Shown: in pieces, positions 13,171 through 23,910 of the stretch
Layout: each line of letters opens with the position of its first letter
Numbering within the stretch: position 1 is the first letter of the stretch
Assembly: GCA_051294375.1 (NCBI GenBank)
Contig: CM119269.1
Span: forward strand, 22,965,812 to 23,029,811
Source of the DNA: Paraspadella gotoi
Taxonomy: Eukaryota; Animalia; Chaetognatha
DNA length: 64,000 bases
Reading direction: 5' to 3'
Notes under the pieces: model-generated
Told to the model about the DNA's origin: nothing
Seen by the model: only the letters and a program-made list of their open reading frames with translations
Database searches by the model: none
Program-made: the position numbers and the translations under genes

Positions 13171-13529
13171 GCCCGACGAAATATGACAACAAATACCGCG
13201 AACGATGAAAAGCCGTAGCGTGAAATAAGAACGAAAGTCAAATGGCCCCCGGTGGTCGGTCTCCGATCGTCGGGGAAGGGAAAAAACGGACGGTAAAGTC
13301 CAGCCTAAGGTTTCACGCGGGTGACCGTTAATAAAAATTTCGTTTCTCTACCGTGACCTGAGAACGAATGAGCCAGGCAAGTAATTGACCATAGTTCACG
13401 TAGGCTATGAGCGATCTCGCAAGCAAGGGGATTCGATCATTTTTGTGTTTTTTGCTAACTCATGATCATTTTACTTGCCTCGAATGTAACAAAAATTAAC
13501 CGACACGAGAAACCCGCGGAGGGGAATAA

Positions 13530-15229
13530 CATGGCAAAATCTGCGAACGGAAATGGGTAAAAATTCGCTGTGGGAAAGAGACTGCTTACCCGTGTCCCCG
13601 AAATGAAATGCAATGGTTGCAAGTGGGGGGGGGGGGCGCAACCTATGCACGACTTCGTGAACACTTTTGGACACGCACGGGTTCCGAATGAACGACGCTT
13701 TCCAACTACGGAGGGAGAAGGACCTTTCGCAGGCGCGCAAGACAAAAACTGTGCGCTATTCCCTTGGGATGGAAAAAACTGGCCCGATGCCCCTGCATCG
13801 CCCGCGATAATGAGATCCACGAGCCCCAGGAAAATAACGACAACGGCCCTTGGAGCAGATGGAGGGTCGGTAAAGAGCGTGAACCGGCTATTGAGACTTC
13901 TTATGATCTCTCTACCCTCCAACAGCCATCTTCTTCCAACAACTCGTCCCGGTCTCCCTGTGGTTCGTACTTCCTTCTTCCTAAGGTAATTCGTAAGGGA
14001 GGGGAGGGTAACAAGTAGGTACAATGCGCTTGATAAATTTCGGGAAGCGGCCTGTTCAGGGTAATAACCTTTTTCACTGCTTACGAGATTCCCCAAGCTA
14101 AACTCCCGGAATGATCATAACGTAGTTGGATGGACGATCGCTACTCTCGCGCTACGGTGTCTGGCCCGTAATTCTGTTTCACATTGGGCCGGTTCATCGG
14201 CTTTCTGGCATCCTTTCAGCGCAGAATAACGCCTTTTGAAGCAAAAAAACTGAAAAAAGTTTTTGTCCTATCGAACGGTCCCTACTAACGCGCAGTGTAG
14301 CGGTCTCCAGCCTCGGAAGTCTACGTATGTACCATCGTCGCCCGCCGGGAAATATGAAGCCGTCAGAGATAGATAGGTGATCTGGAATGACAATCCGGAC
14401 GCGTGACACAAAGGCAAAAAACGCGTCAGACAGACCAAAGGTTACCCTGACCAAAAACCGGTAGACAAGATTTTAAATGTCAACTACGTCCCCTCTTCGG
14501 AACCCACGAACGAACATCGCTTCTTGAATATCCTCTCGTCCGGCAAAGAAGCGAGCTATAACACGGACTGAATAAACAATTATCGTTTCGGCATATGTAT
14601 CCCGCTTGAAGGTGTTCTCCAAACGAATGCAAAACGGCTGGGAAATCTTGCCCGCCTTACCCTTTCATCAATCTAACAAAGCGCGGGGGGTGAAGCGGAA
14701 ATCCGGGCCTTGGGTAGTGCAGGTCCGAATGGCGGACAAAAAATTAAAGCTCCGGATGCCATATGTCGTAAATGATCCCCTGTCAAAAGGGGCTTTCTGC
14801 TACGTTTTATTGCAACATACGTCCTTCTCTTCAAAACAGTCCCGCAGCCGTCACGGTATCTATTTTCCGCAGTATGATGGCCAGGCTCGGGGAACCTCGG
14901 CCTTTGCCGCTATCCTTGACCTTCGCTAGTCCCGGGATTGATGGTTTTAACATAACAACTCTACGGCGTGCTGTGCCCTCGCGGGCGCTGAGGACAGCCG
15001 GAACGGACAAGGGCGCGCTTGCCCAGGCGCTGGGTTCACCGCAGTGATTCACGTCCAGTTTTCTTTCGCGGATCGAATGCACAAAAAGTCCGCGAATCAT
15101 CGGAAAGTTGAACGACTAGTTACCCGCGAATTCGGGTCCGGAAGAAGTCATGGAAAAAACGTTTACGGCCAGCGTAAACTTGACTCACAACTGGGTCGGG
15201 GGGGGTCGGAAGAGGGTACGGGGATGTAG
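13530..15229 (+). pseudogene. Frameshifted C2H2 zinc finger + tyrosine recombinase gene (may be intact if the indels are read errors)
   Basis: Stitching + frames gives: YPCP(E)MKCNGCKWGG..ATYARLREHFWT.H (~13587-13680); LQTNAKRLGNLARLTLSSI (Arg codon 14635); GPWVVQV..K; YCNIRPSL; YFPQYDGQARGTS; GFNITTLRRAV; GALAQALG(H)TAVIHVQF(S). The motif order matches the YR catalytic fold (R...K...xxLR...GH...Y). The Tyr position reads TCT instead of TAT. AATAAA at 15285 follows the stop at 15229. Confidence 0.68.
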
Positions 15230-15394
15230 CTTTGAACTGTCCCTTTTGACTGCCTAAAAGATTCATGCCCAATTAATGTGTAGTAATAAACCATGTATTT
15301 TAATTTCAATGGTTGAGAACTCCATGGTGAAGAAGTAACAAAAAGTAGGGTGAAGTCCCGTCCCCGTGTAGCCTAGTTTTAACACGCGGGACAA

Positions 15395-16019
15395 GCATAA
15401 AAAGCAAACCGCCACGGGGTGGTCTCCGAATGAAAGATGGTAATGAAATAGCTGAGTGGTTCCCTGGTGGACTGCGGCTTATCCCTAGGCATAGTTTATA
15501 GCAAAACACAAGTTTCACGCCTAAGCAGGAAAAACAGGCGGAACGGGTATATGGCCAGCCGTGGGGTTGGTCTAAAATGAAAGATGGTATTGAAAAGACC
15601 GAGCGGTGTCCCCACAGTGGACTGCGGCTTCCTAGGCATGGGTATTTGGACCGAAAGCCAAGCGGATGTCCCACCCGGCGGCTTCCCAATCGTCGTAACA
15701 CATGCGTCCCGAACCATTGGGTACGTTTGGGTCCCCTGAGTAACTCAACTACCTCTACGGGCAACGTCTGGTAAGGGGAAGTTTCTTTCTCTGAGCCTAA
15801 GTACGCTCTTGGTTTTCCCGCGTGTGAAAAACATTTCTCAATAAGGGTCGCGGACCCTCGTGATCGCCAGGCCATGGTCTGGGTCGATTACACAAGAAGA
15901 GGTCCAAGCGGTGTCCCAACACGCCGGGAACTGCGGCTTCTAATCGTCCCGTAAACACATGCGTCGAACATTGGGTAAGTTCGGGTCCCCTGGAGTCAAC
16001 TCTACTCTCTACGTGGCAG
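15395..16019. repeat. Tandem repeats with GGTGTCCC..GGACTGCGGCTT core downstream of the YR gene
   Basis: Core at about 15460, 15605, 15665 and 15910. The block 15660-15770 recurs at 15905-16019. Confidence 0.7.
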
Positions 16020-16423
16020 NNNNNNNNNNNNNNNNNNNNNNNNNTTAGAAATAAAGGTTAGTGATTGGGTTAGGGATTGGGTTAAGGATTGGTTTAGGGA
16101 TTGGGTTAGGGATTGGGTTAGGGGTTTGGGTTAGGGATTTGGTAAGGGATTAACGTTCGGGTTTAGAGTTAGGGGATAAATATATTAAAAGATTATGGTG
16201 AAGGATTATGGATTTTGGATTAAGTTATTCATTTAGTAATAAATTTAAATTGAATATTATGATTAAAATTAAGTTTCGGGATTAAAGAACTAAAAAGGGA
16301 CGTTTTTGGAAAATATAGCCGTGAAATCTATAAGGGTGAGAGCAAAATTTGAAGAAGGGCTAAAATGGCTAAGATAAGTAAAAGTCACTGGTTGTAATTA
16401 AACCCCCGAGGTCTTTTGCCGTT

Positions 16424-16744
16424 GGCTTCATCCAATGAGTCACAGGGTCTTGTCCGAAGGCTTCATCCAATGAGTCACAGGGTCTTGTCCGAAGGCTTCA
16501 TCCAATGAGTCACAGGGTCTTGTCCAAAGGCTTCATCCAATGAGTCACAGGGTCTTGTCCAAAGGCTTCATCCAATGAGTCACAGGGTCTTGTCCAAAGG
16601 CTTCATCCAATGAGTCACAGGGTCTTGTCCAAAGGCTTCATCCAATGAGTCACAGGGTCTTGTCCAAAGGCTTCATCCAATGAGTCACAGGGTCTTGTCC
16701 AAAGGCTTCATCCAATGAGTCACAGGGTCTTGTCCAAAGGCTTC
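16424..16744. repeat. 35-bp minisatellite (GGCTTCATCCAATGAGTCACAGGGTCTTGTCCAAA), 9 copies
   Basis: Exact 35-bp period, near-identical units, no spacers. Confidence 0.95.
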
Positions 16745-16819
16745 TCGTTCGAGTCGCATTCTCTTTCTTCTATTCAATTTTAATGAGGAAGACTAATCGT
16801 AAAATGGAGTCGTCCTTTT

Positions 16820-17010
16820 ATACAATTGAAACATTCTTTAAAGTATTATATCACTTCATTGGAAAGCCGGGTACTCTGGGAGTGAATTCACGAGGCTGTG
16901 AGAGAGTCTTGATTGAAAGCTTGCCATTGTCATTATTTTGTAAGAGTCTGGGACGAATATCTTATTTATTAAATTAATAGATAATTTTATATTGCTTGTA
17001 TCAATTATAT
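16820..17010. repeat. Dispersed ~200-bp repeat (SINE-like or other), copy 1
   Basis: Shares TACAATTGAAAC..CTGTGAGAGAGTCTT.ATTGAAAGCTTGC..GCTTATTTATTAAAT with 17808-17945, 25922-26155 and (reverse) 26290-26423. Confidence 0.7.
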
Positions 17011-17281
17011 AATATCACAAACAATTGAAAAATAATTGATTAATATTCCCGTCAGACTTAACTGCTTGGGAGACCATGTGGCTAAAACCACGAACCTTTA
17101 GGTTAGTAGACGATTGGTTTTTCCTACGGCTGAAATGACAGTTCTCAACGCTTGGAGAATTTTTAATCTACCATAATATAAATCTTTATTTTCCCATTTT
17201 TATCTTTAACTTATTCTTTATTCAAAACTTAATTCCCTTTATTCCATAAGGGAGAGACGACATCTTGAAAATTTGAAGTCT

Positions 17282-17346
<65 letters not shown>

Positions 17347-17412
17347 TCTCTCTTTCTCGATTCAAGTTTATTGCAAATTCGCAAGTCCCTCTGGGGGCAG
17401 AATTCGGCCTAA

Positions 17413-17686
17413 GGAAAAGCTGATTACTGAAATGGGGTAAAAGCATCCCGCTCAACTCCAGCACAGCGTTTCTGCTGGGGAAAAGCTGATTACTGAAATG
17501 GGGTAAAAGCATCCCGCTCAACTCCAGCACAGCGTTTCTGCTGGGGAAAAGCTGATTACTGAAATGGGGTAAAAGCATCCCGCTCAACTCCAGCACAGCG
17601 TTTCTGCTGGGGAAAAGCTGATTACTGAAATGGGGTAAAAGCATCCCGCTCAACTCCAGCACTGCGTTTCTGCTGGGGAAAAGCTC
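17413..17686. repeat. 66-bp minisatellite, 4 near-identical copies
   Basis: Period measured from 17413 to 17479. Each unit holds a CCAGCA...TGCTGG inverted pair. Confidence 0.95.
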
Positions 17687-17807
17687 TCTGATTGTAGGGA
17701 GCAAAGCTGGGGTGGGTGTTTCTGAGCTGTTGTAAGAGCTGAAAAAGAGCTGGGTAAAATAACGGTGTGTGGCGGTTTTATGTAATAAACTATTTAGGCA
17801 GTGAAAG

Positions 17808-17945
17808 AATCTTTATTGAAAGCTTGCTGATTATTTTATAAAAGATACCGTATTTGACTTGACACGCCATTGTCTGTCCAAAGTCAGGGGAAAGATAGCT
17901 TATTTATTAAATGAATGGATAATTTTTATATTGGTTGTACCAATT
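17808..17945. repeat. Dispersed ~200-bp repeat, partial copy 2
   Basis: TGTCCAAAGTCAGGGG.AAGATAGCTTATTTATTAAATGAA is shared with 26085-26125. Confidence 0.7.
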
Positions 17946-17956
17946 CCATATAAAGA

Positions 17957-17993
<37 letters not shown>

Positions 17994-18295
17994 AAAATCG
18001 AAGACGTCAGCTTTACATCCAGACAGATGGATGAGTTCTGAGGAGCAGGAAAGAATTCCGAGAGTAAGATTTTAAGATTTGAGATTTGAGATTTGGGATT
18101 TGGGAGTTGGGATTTGGGATTTAAATCTTCTTTAAATATTTAACAATATTTTTAATTAGAGTGAGAATTTAAATTATGTATATATTATATATATTATAAT
18201 TATATTTTATTAAAGTGCTATTTTTAAGAGGAAAAGCTTTTGAATCGATTTTTAAAATACAAGTTGAGAAAGGAGAAATGAAGAGAATTTGAAAA

Positions 18296-18329
<34 letters not shown>

Positions 18330-18517
18330 NNNNNNNNNNNNNNNNNNNNNNNNNNNNNNNNNNNNNNNNNNNNNNNNNNNNNNNNNNNNNNNNNNNNNNN
18401 NNNNNNNNNNNNNNNNNNNNNNNNNNNNNNNNNNNNNNNNNNNNNNNNNNNNNNNNNNNNNNNNNNNNNNNNNNNNNNNNNNNNNNNNNNNNNNNNNNNN
18501 NNNNNNNNNNNNNNNNN

Positions 18518-18552
<35 letters not shown>

Positions 18553-19232
18553 TTGGTCATGAAAGTGAATGACTTTGGCCAAAAAAATGGAGAACTAAGA
18601 GCAACAATCGACCGCAAAAAGTGAAAAGAAAAAATTCAATCCTTTTTTCACAATAAAATTATTATTTTAAAGTTTCTCAATATTGTTCATCTATTTTAAA
18701 TGTAATATAATTATTTTTGATACTACTTTTCTCATTCTTTAAAGCTTTACTATTGAATTTGGGTAGGGATAACAAATAGGTTGTGAAGAATAAAGTTTGC
18801 GATGCTACTTTGTTTCTCGAATCGGGAAGTCCTGCCATCTGATGAGCAAAGAGGAAAAGCTCAGAACTTCGATTGTCTTTTGTTTAACTTATGAAACGTC
18901 AATTCTGATAAGTATAGAATTATCGTTCTTAAAAAATATGAGAATAAAAAAATAATCAAAAATAAAGATATATAGAGAAATTTCATTTTTGTTGTCACAA
19001 GTAACTAAATATTTCCCAGGTAGTCCTTAAAAACTCTACTACTAAGGTTAACATTAAAAATATTTGAACAACTACTACAACAAAAACAAAAACAACAACA
19101 ACAACAACTACAACAGCTCATCTTTTCTTCAACTCAGAAATCCTTTCAGGCAAAAACCATAAATCAAATATTTTTTCTTTTCTTTTGCTCGAATCTCTGA
19201 TGTAACATTAATTTTCGTTTCCTTTTCACTCT

Positions 19233-19265
<33 letters not shown>

Positions 19266-19523
19266 NNNNNNNNNNNNNNNNNNNNNNNNNNNNNNNNNNN
19301 NNNNNNNNNNNNNNNNNNNNNNNNNNNNNNNNNNNNNNNNNNNNNNNNNNNNNNNNNNNNNNNNNNNNNNNNNNNNNNNNNNNNNNNNNNNNNNNNNNNN
19401 NNNNNNNNNNNTCTTTCTCTCTCGCTCTCTGTCTCTTACTCTCTCTCTCTCGCTTTTAGCCGTTTTTATGATGTTGACTCGACGGAACTGATGTGACTTT
19501 TGTAGGAAATGTGAAGTCAATGA

Positions 19524-19561
<38 letters not shown>

Positions 19562-19859
19562 CACTTTTTAAAATCTTTTCCTTTTCATTATTTTTGACAA
19601 AATCCTTGTATTATAAGTACCCCACTGCCACTTATTTAATATCTCATATCATTACTATTAAGTTTACCATTTTATTTATAATTATATGATATTTTTGTTG
19701 ATCAACTGCAAAAGAAAAATTAAAAACCAGAAAAAAACTTGTAAGAACTTCTTGACAGACACCGAGAAAGATAAAAAAAAGAGAGAGAGAGAACTAAAGA
19801 AGCAATATAAAACTAACAAAACTTTAAAACCATCGAACTTTAAACTTTGTATTGAGAAA

Positions 19860-22450
19860 GAGCGAAATGAACGAAAGTCAAAGTGATTGTACTAGCGCGT
19901 GTTGGGATAAGAATGACGCGTTGCAGGGTCCATAAGAGTAAAAACGCATCAATGAAGGTTGTGTGGTTGCTGAAAGGATTGGGACGTGGCGCTGTCCGTT
20001 CAAATCCACAGGGTCCGCGAGCGGTCGCCTGTTCCTGACGAGTCGTCAGGAAGGTATAGGACTCAGTTGTTTTTAATTTTCTTTACATTAAATAATTTAG
20101 ATATTCTATATTTAAATATCGTAGTTTCTTTTTGAGCCAAGATCTAAAAAGGTGGGCCGCATTCGCTGGGCAAAACAAGAATATTGATTTCTATACAGAT
20201 CGGCCTATCCCAGAAGAAAGAGAACAATTTGTTCGCCAGGATATTCCGCGGGCAAATCCCCCCAATCGACATCCTGTCTGTCCAAGTCGGCGCAAATCTC
20301 GGCAATCGGCCAGTTGAGTCCCTTGTCTGCCAAAGATGCGCCGCGAAAATAAAAAAAATATGGGCGTGGGACACAGTCGCCATTGTAGATGCCAGCCTTG
20401 AGCATCGGTGAGTGGCAATTCGGCGGAAGGCGAGATACTCTTATATCATGTTAGTTTTAATTATTTTAAAAGCTTATTAACAAATACTTTATTGCAGCAC
20501 TCGTTCCAAGCGCATGTGCGTTCCTCGAATTTATCTTTCCTGGTGATATTATTATCAGAGAGCAAAGAAGGACAGAGGTTTCTTCATAGACGAGACACCC
20601 TGCAACCGTTCGCAAAGGACAACTTACATAGTCACTTGGCGGGCGGGCATTTATTTACAACCATCTTCAGTGATGCGCCACCCTCATGCTTCGCGGACGG
20701 GTCAAGTTCCACGAAAGCCTGTATCGAAAATTTCTACTGGTTGACGTTCGGGCTGAGCACATTACGAGTGGCTAAAGGAGAATGGCGATTCTCCACTAAA
20801 AGACTTCGTTGCTCTTGCCGGTTCATGTAGATGGGCTGCCTGGTCCATTATAGACAACCTTCATATTACTATTTCGGTTCGTATTTAAGAGATCCATTAC
20901 CAGGGGATATCGTATATTTAGATTTACACAAATACAAATTTCTAACTTTAACTTCGATGTATTCTTGTGTTCTTTTGATGTTCGTTATTTTATTTTGACT
21001 TTTTTATTTTTGTGGGTTTTCGAATTTTAAATAAAAAATTTTAAAAAAAAATTAAACTTTAAAATTGAGTTAATGATTTTCAGAAATACTACGGCAGTTA
21101 TGATTATAAAATTACGCTCGAATGACTCCGAGTTCAGGTACAGGGGCGATATTCACAGATGGTGACCACGAATAGTTCCCCGTTCCAGCGATCGACTGTT
21201 TACGTGGTGCAAAGTCGAATTCTTGGACGACGAGCGAATCTTCAAATGTTGTTATTTTCGTGAATATTAAGTCGCTTTTTTTATTTTTACAATTTTAATG
21301 TTTAAGTCATTGATTGGAAATTTTTCATCGAGGTTCGGGTCCGATATTACGCGGTGTTAAGTGGACATGTTTCCCGAGAATTCTCACTTTATTCAGGCTC
21401 GTCTTCCGGAAAGACACGGACTCAAGATCGTTCTTAAGTCTGTGACCGATTCCGAGATTTTGAGCTCCCAGTCGAAGAAACCGCAGACGCACCGTTTTTA
21501 TGGGAGACGCTTTTCGTAATACAAAGAACCCACCGCGCGAAAAAGGCGCGCTTTAGTAGACGACAGGCTTTGTACGACGGTAAGGTCCAACGGCTAAGGT
21601 ATATTTATTAAAACTTTTCTGAATTTATTTCCGTGGGTAAATTTGTAATATGCATTAGGTTTCCGAATATAACCGCCATTAGGTACTGCTCCATACACGA
21701 CGCCGTTTCTCGGAATTTCGAACCCATTAGTACTATCATGGCCGCGACATCAGAAGGTTCGGGGCCGCTCACACTTTCTACTCGCTCAACCTGCGGCGTT
21801 TCTGTGTGCTCGCTAAGACAATTTTATCTAGGACAGCCGGTGACAATCGCGTACGTCAACTAATACCGTTTTTCTTTGTCGAGCGTTGAATTGGGCCGGC
21901 GTTTCGTCACAATTCGACGAAGCTTAAAGGCAATTTTCTTGCCTGGCACTAAACAAACAGCGAAAATATCTTAACAAATAGGGTCCGATTTTTTAAACAG
22001 CCAAATATCGCAAGTTATTTGATTGGGAGTATTATTCGGTCAAAAATGTTGTTTATTAGCCGCATTAATTATGCTTAATCTTACATTTGTTTTGTTTAAA
22101 AACCTCGACAGTCAAATAAACGGGACGCTTAAAAGATTATGCCGACTTACTCGACTAAAAATGATATAAAATATATTTGCCTTCTTTTTGTAAATTTTAA
22201 TTGTAATGTCAGACCTCAACCTCGAAGCATGTACTATGTACCACGCGTTTCGATCCTTCGTATCGTCGCAGTAGCCAAACCGTGATCTCACCCCGTGAGA
22301 ATTGGGATAAAAAATCTTACCGGAGGTGTACAACGAATCGAACTCACGGTTGGTGCCATTTTATAAAACGAACCAATGGGGAGCGAGAAATGAAGAAGGC
22401 TCCAGTGTTGTTGAACGATATTGAGATGGCCCTCCCGATTCCAGAACTTC
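19860..22450 (+). pseudogene. Noisy intron-containing gene remnant, possibly SGNH/GDSL hydrolase-like
   Basis: GC-richer coding-like blocks separated by short AT-rich GT..AG intervals (e.g. 20054-20124, 21599-21658). The peptide PPIDILSVQVGANLGNRPVESLV resembles SGNH block III (DxVxLQxGxNDL). Frames are broken by indels. Confidence 0.3.
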
Positions 22451-22584
22451 AGTTTTATAAATACGAACTTTTTAATGATAATACTATTATTTAATTAGTT
22501 TAGATTTTTGCTGGGTGTATTATACCCAAAGTTAATAATAGAAGAAACTTTTAAATAATTAAATTATTAGTAGTTATATTGTTC

Positions 22585-23000
22585 AAACGGTCGTTTGTCA
22601 AACTCGCCTTCTGATTGGTTGAGATTCAACCGACCAAAAACTTCGCTTTCTTGTGTTTCAGTTTTTTATAAAGCCCCCCCACCGATCAGGTTCGATCGGT
22701 TGGTACGGACTCGGTAAATTTTTTCTGAGGATCGCCCGTTACAAACGTTAATTGTAGTAAGATTTGTCTGATATACATATTTTTATAATAGAAACTTAAA
22801 TAATAATAAAAATTATTGGTATTTATTGTTTCAGAACGGCCGTTATTTGTCCCAAACTCGGCTTCTGATTGGTTTTAGAAAGTCAAGCCGAGACAAATAC
22901 CTGTCGCGTTTCATTGGGTCCATTTTAGGCCAGTCCACCGATCAGGAGTCGATCGCTTGACTACGACCTCGGTAGATCTTTTTCTGAGATCGCCCGTTAG
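22585..23000. repeat. Two ~255-bp tandem units
   Basis: CAAACTCG.CTTCTGATTGGTT...CACCGATCAGG..TCGATCG...TTTTCTGAG.ATCGCCCGTTA occurs at about 22599 and 22853. Confidence 0.75.
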
Positions 23001-23339
23001 AAGCTGAATTCTGCGAATGAACACAAAAGTGCAAGTGTAATTCGACAAGCGAACCTGTAGACGAATAGAGAAGGGATATCTGGCTTAATGGAAAAAATAT
23101 ATGGCCCAAAAAAATTAAATTTTCTCAGGAACGATTTCAAATTCTATACGAAGCAAAAAAAATATATTTATAAATTAGAAGGAGATCTGTGGTCTAGAAG
23201 AAACAATAAGTCTCAAGTTTTTCAAAATTTTCCCAGGCGGAAAACTTATGTTACTTTTCTTTGTGTATTTTGGCTTCCGGCCAAAAGAGAGAGAGAGAGA
23301 TGGAGAGAGAGGAGTGAAGTGAAAAGAATCTCTTTTTTC

Positions 23340-23910
23340 TACTAATTTTTTTCTGGAACCGGAAGTGAAAAGAGCGAAGTTTAGACGGCGAAAATGTTGT
23401 ACAACTCAGGTCTGGAGAATTTCAAATTTCACAGTCAGACCACTACAGGAACTAAAGGAATAACATTATAACTAACTACTTCCTACAAATTCTTTCTCTG
23501 GGAAACCGAGAGGACGAAAGAGTCGACAAGGTTTTAGCCGGACTAATTTGACAAACTCGAGCAAGGAGAATGTTCGAAATCTTCTCACATCACACATCAT
23601 AAAGAATCTTCGAAGGAAGAATAACATTATAACTAACCTAACTACTCTCCGATCTAAATTTTTTTCTGGAACCGGACTGAGTGAAGGGGGCGAAGGTAGA
23701 ACCGGAAAATTTCCGAACCAATAAGGTCAAGGTAGAATTCGACACATTCTCACAGAGTCAGACCACATAAAGGAATTAAAGGATTAACAGTCATGAACTA
23801 CACTACTTCCACAACAATTTTTTCCTGTGAACCCGGAGTCGCGGCTACTGGCAACTTCTGCCGGAAACATTTTCAACATCTGGTCAAGAAAGGAGAATTT
23901 CGAAACCATC
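23340..23910. repeat. ~155-bp degenerate tandem repeat, ~4 copies
   Basis: Recurring TTTTCTGGAACCGGA...GGAGAATTTC...GAATAACATTATAACTAAC. Confidence 0.7.

Larger units (their letters stand above)
9456..16019 (+). mobile_element. Putative tyrosine-recombinase DNA element (Crypton-like); right end lost in a gap
   Basis: Abrupt switch from the TTAGGG-like array to microsatellite-free, more GC-rich DNA. Contains terminal palindromes, internal tandem arrays and a ZnF-YR gene. The host array resumes after the 25-N gap at 16020-16044. Confidence 0.62.
8657..16320 (+). mobile_element. TIR-bounded element with degenerate TTAGGG core, interrupted by two nested insertions
   Basis: Left end GGCCTTATTTTCCCAGAGCGCC and right end GGGACGTTTTTGGAAAATATAGCC form an imperfect inverted pair. 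The GATTGGGTTAGG core is present at 9361-9455 and resumes at 16045. The same ends recur at 35858, 49191-49636 and 59365. Confidence 0.55.

Noticed and set aside
13455-14096. 213-aa minus ORF with a USP Cys-box-like look (SSALYLLVTLPSLTNYL)
   Set aside because: The catalytic NxGNxC motif is absent, and the ORF is antisense to the ZnF-YR gene.
16424-16744. CRISPR array (35-bp repeats)
   Set aside because: Units are head-to-tail with no unique spacers, there are no cas genes, and the context is eukaryotic.
20800-20860. Walker A-like NGPG...TGKS on the minus strand
   Set aside because: Wrong spacing, an in-frame stop, and no Walker B.
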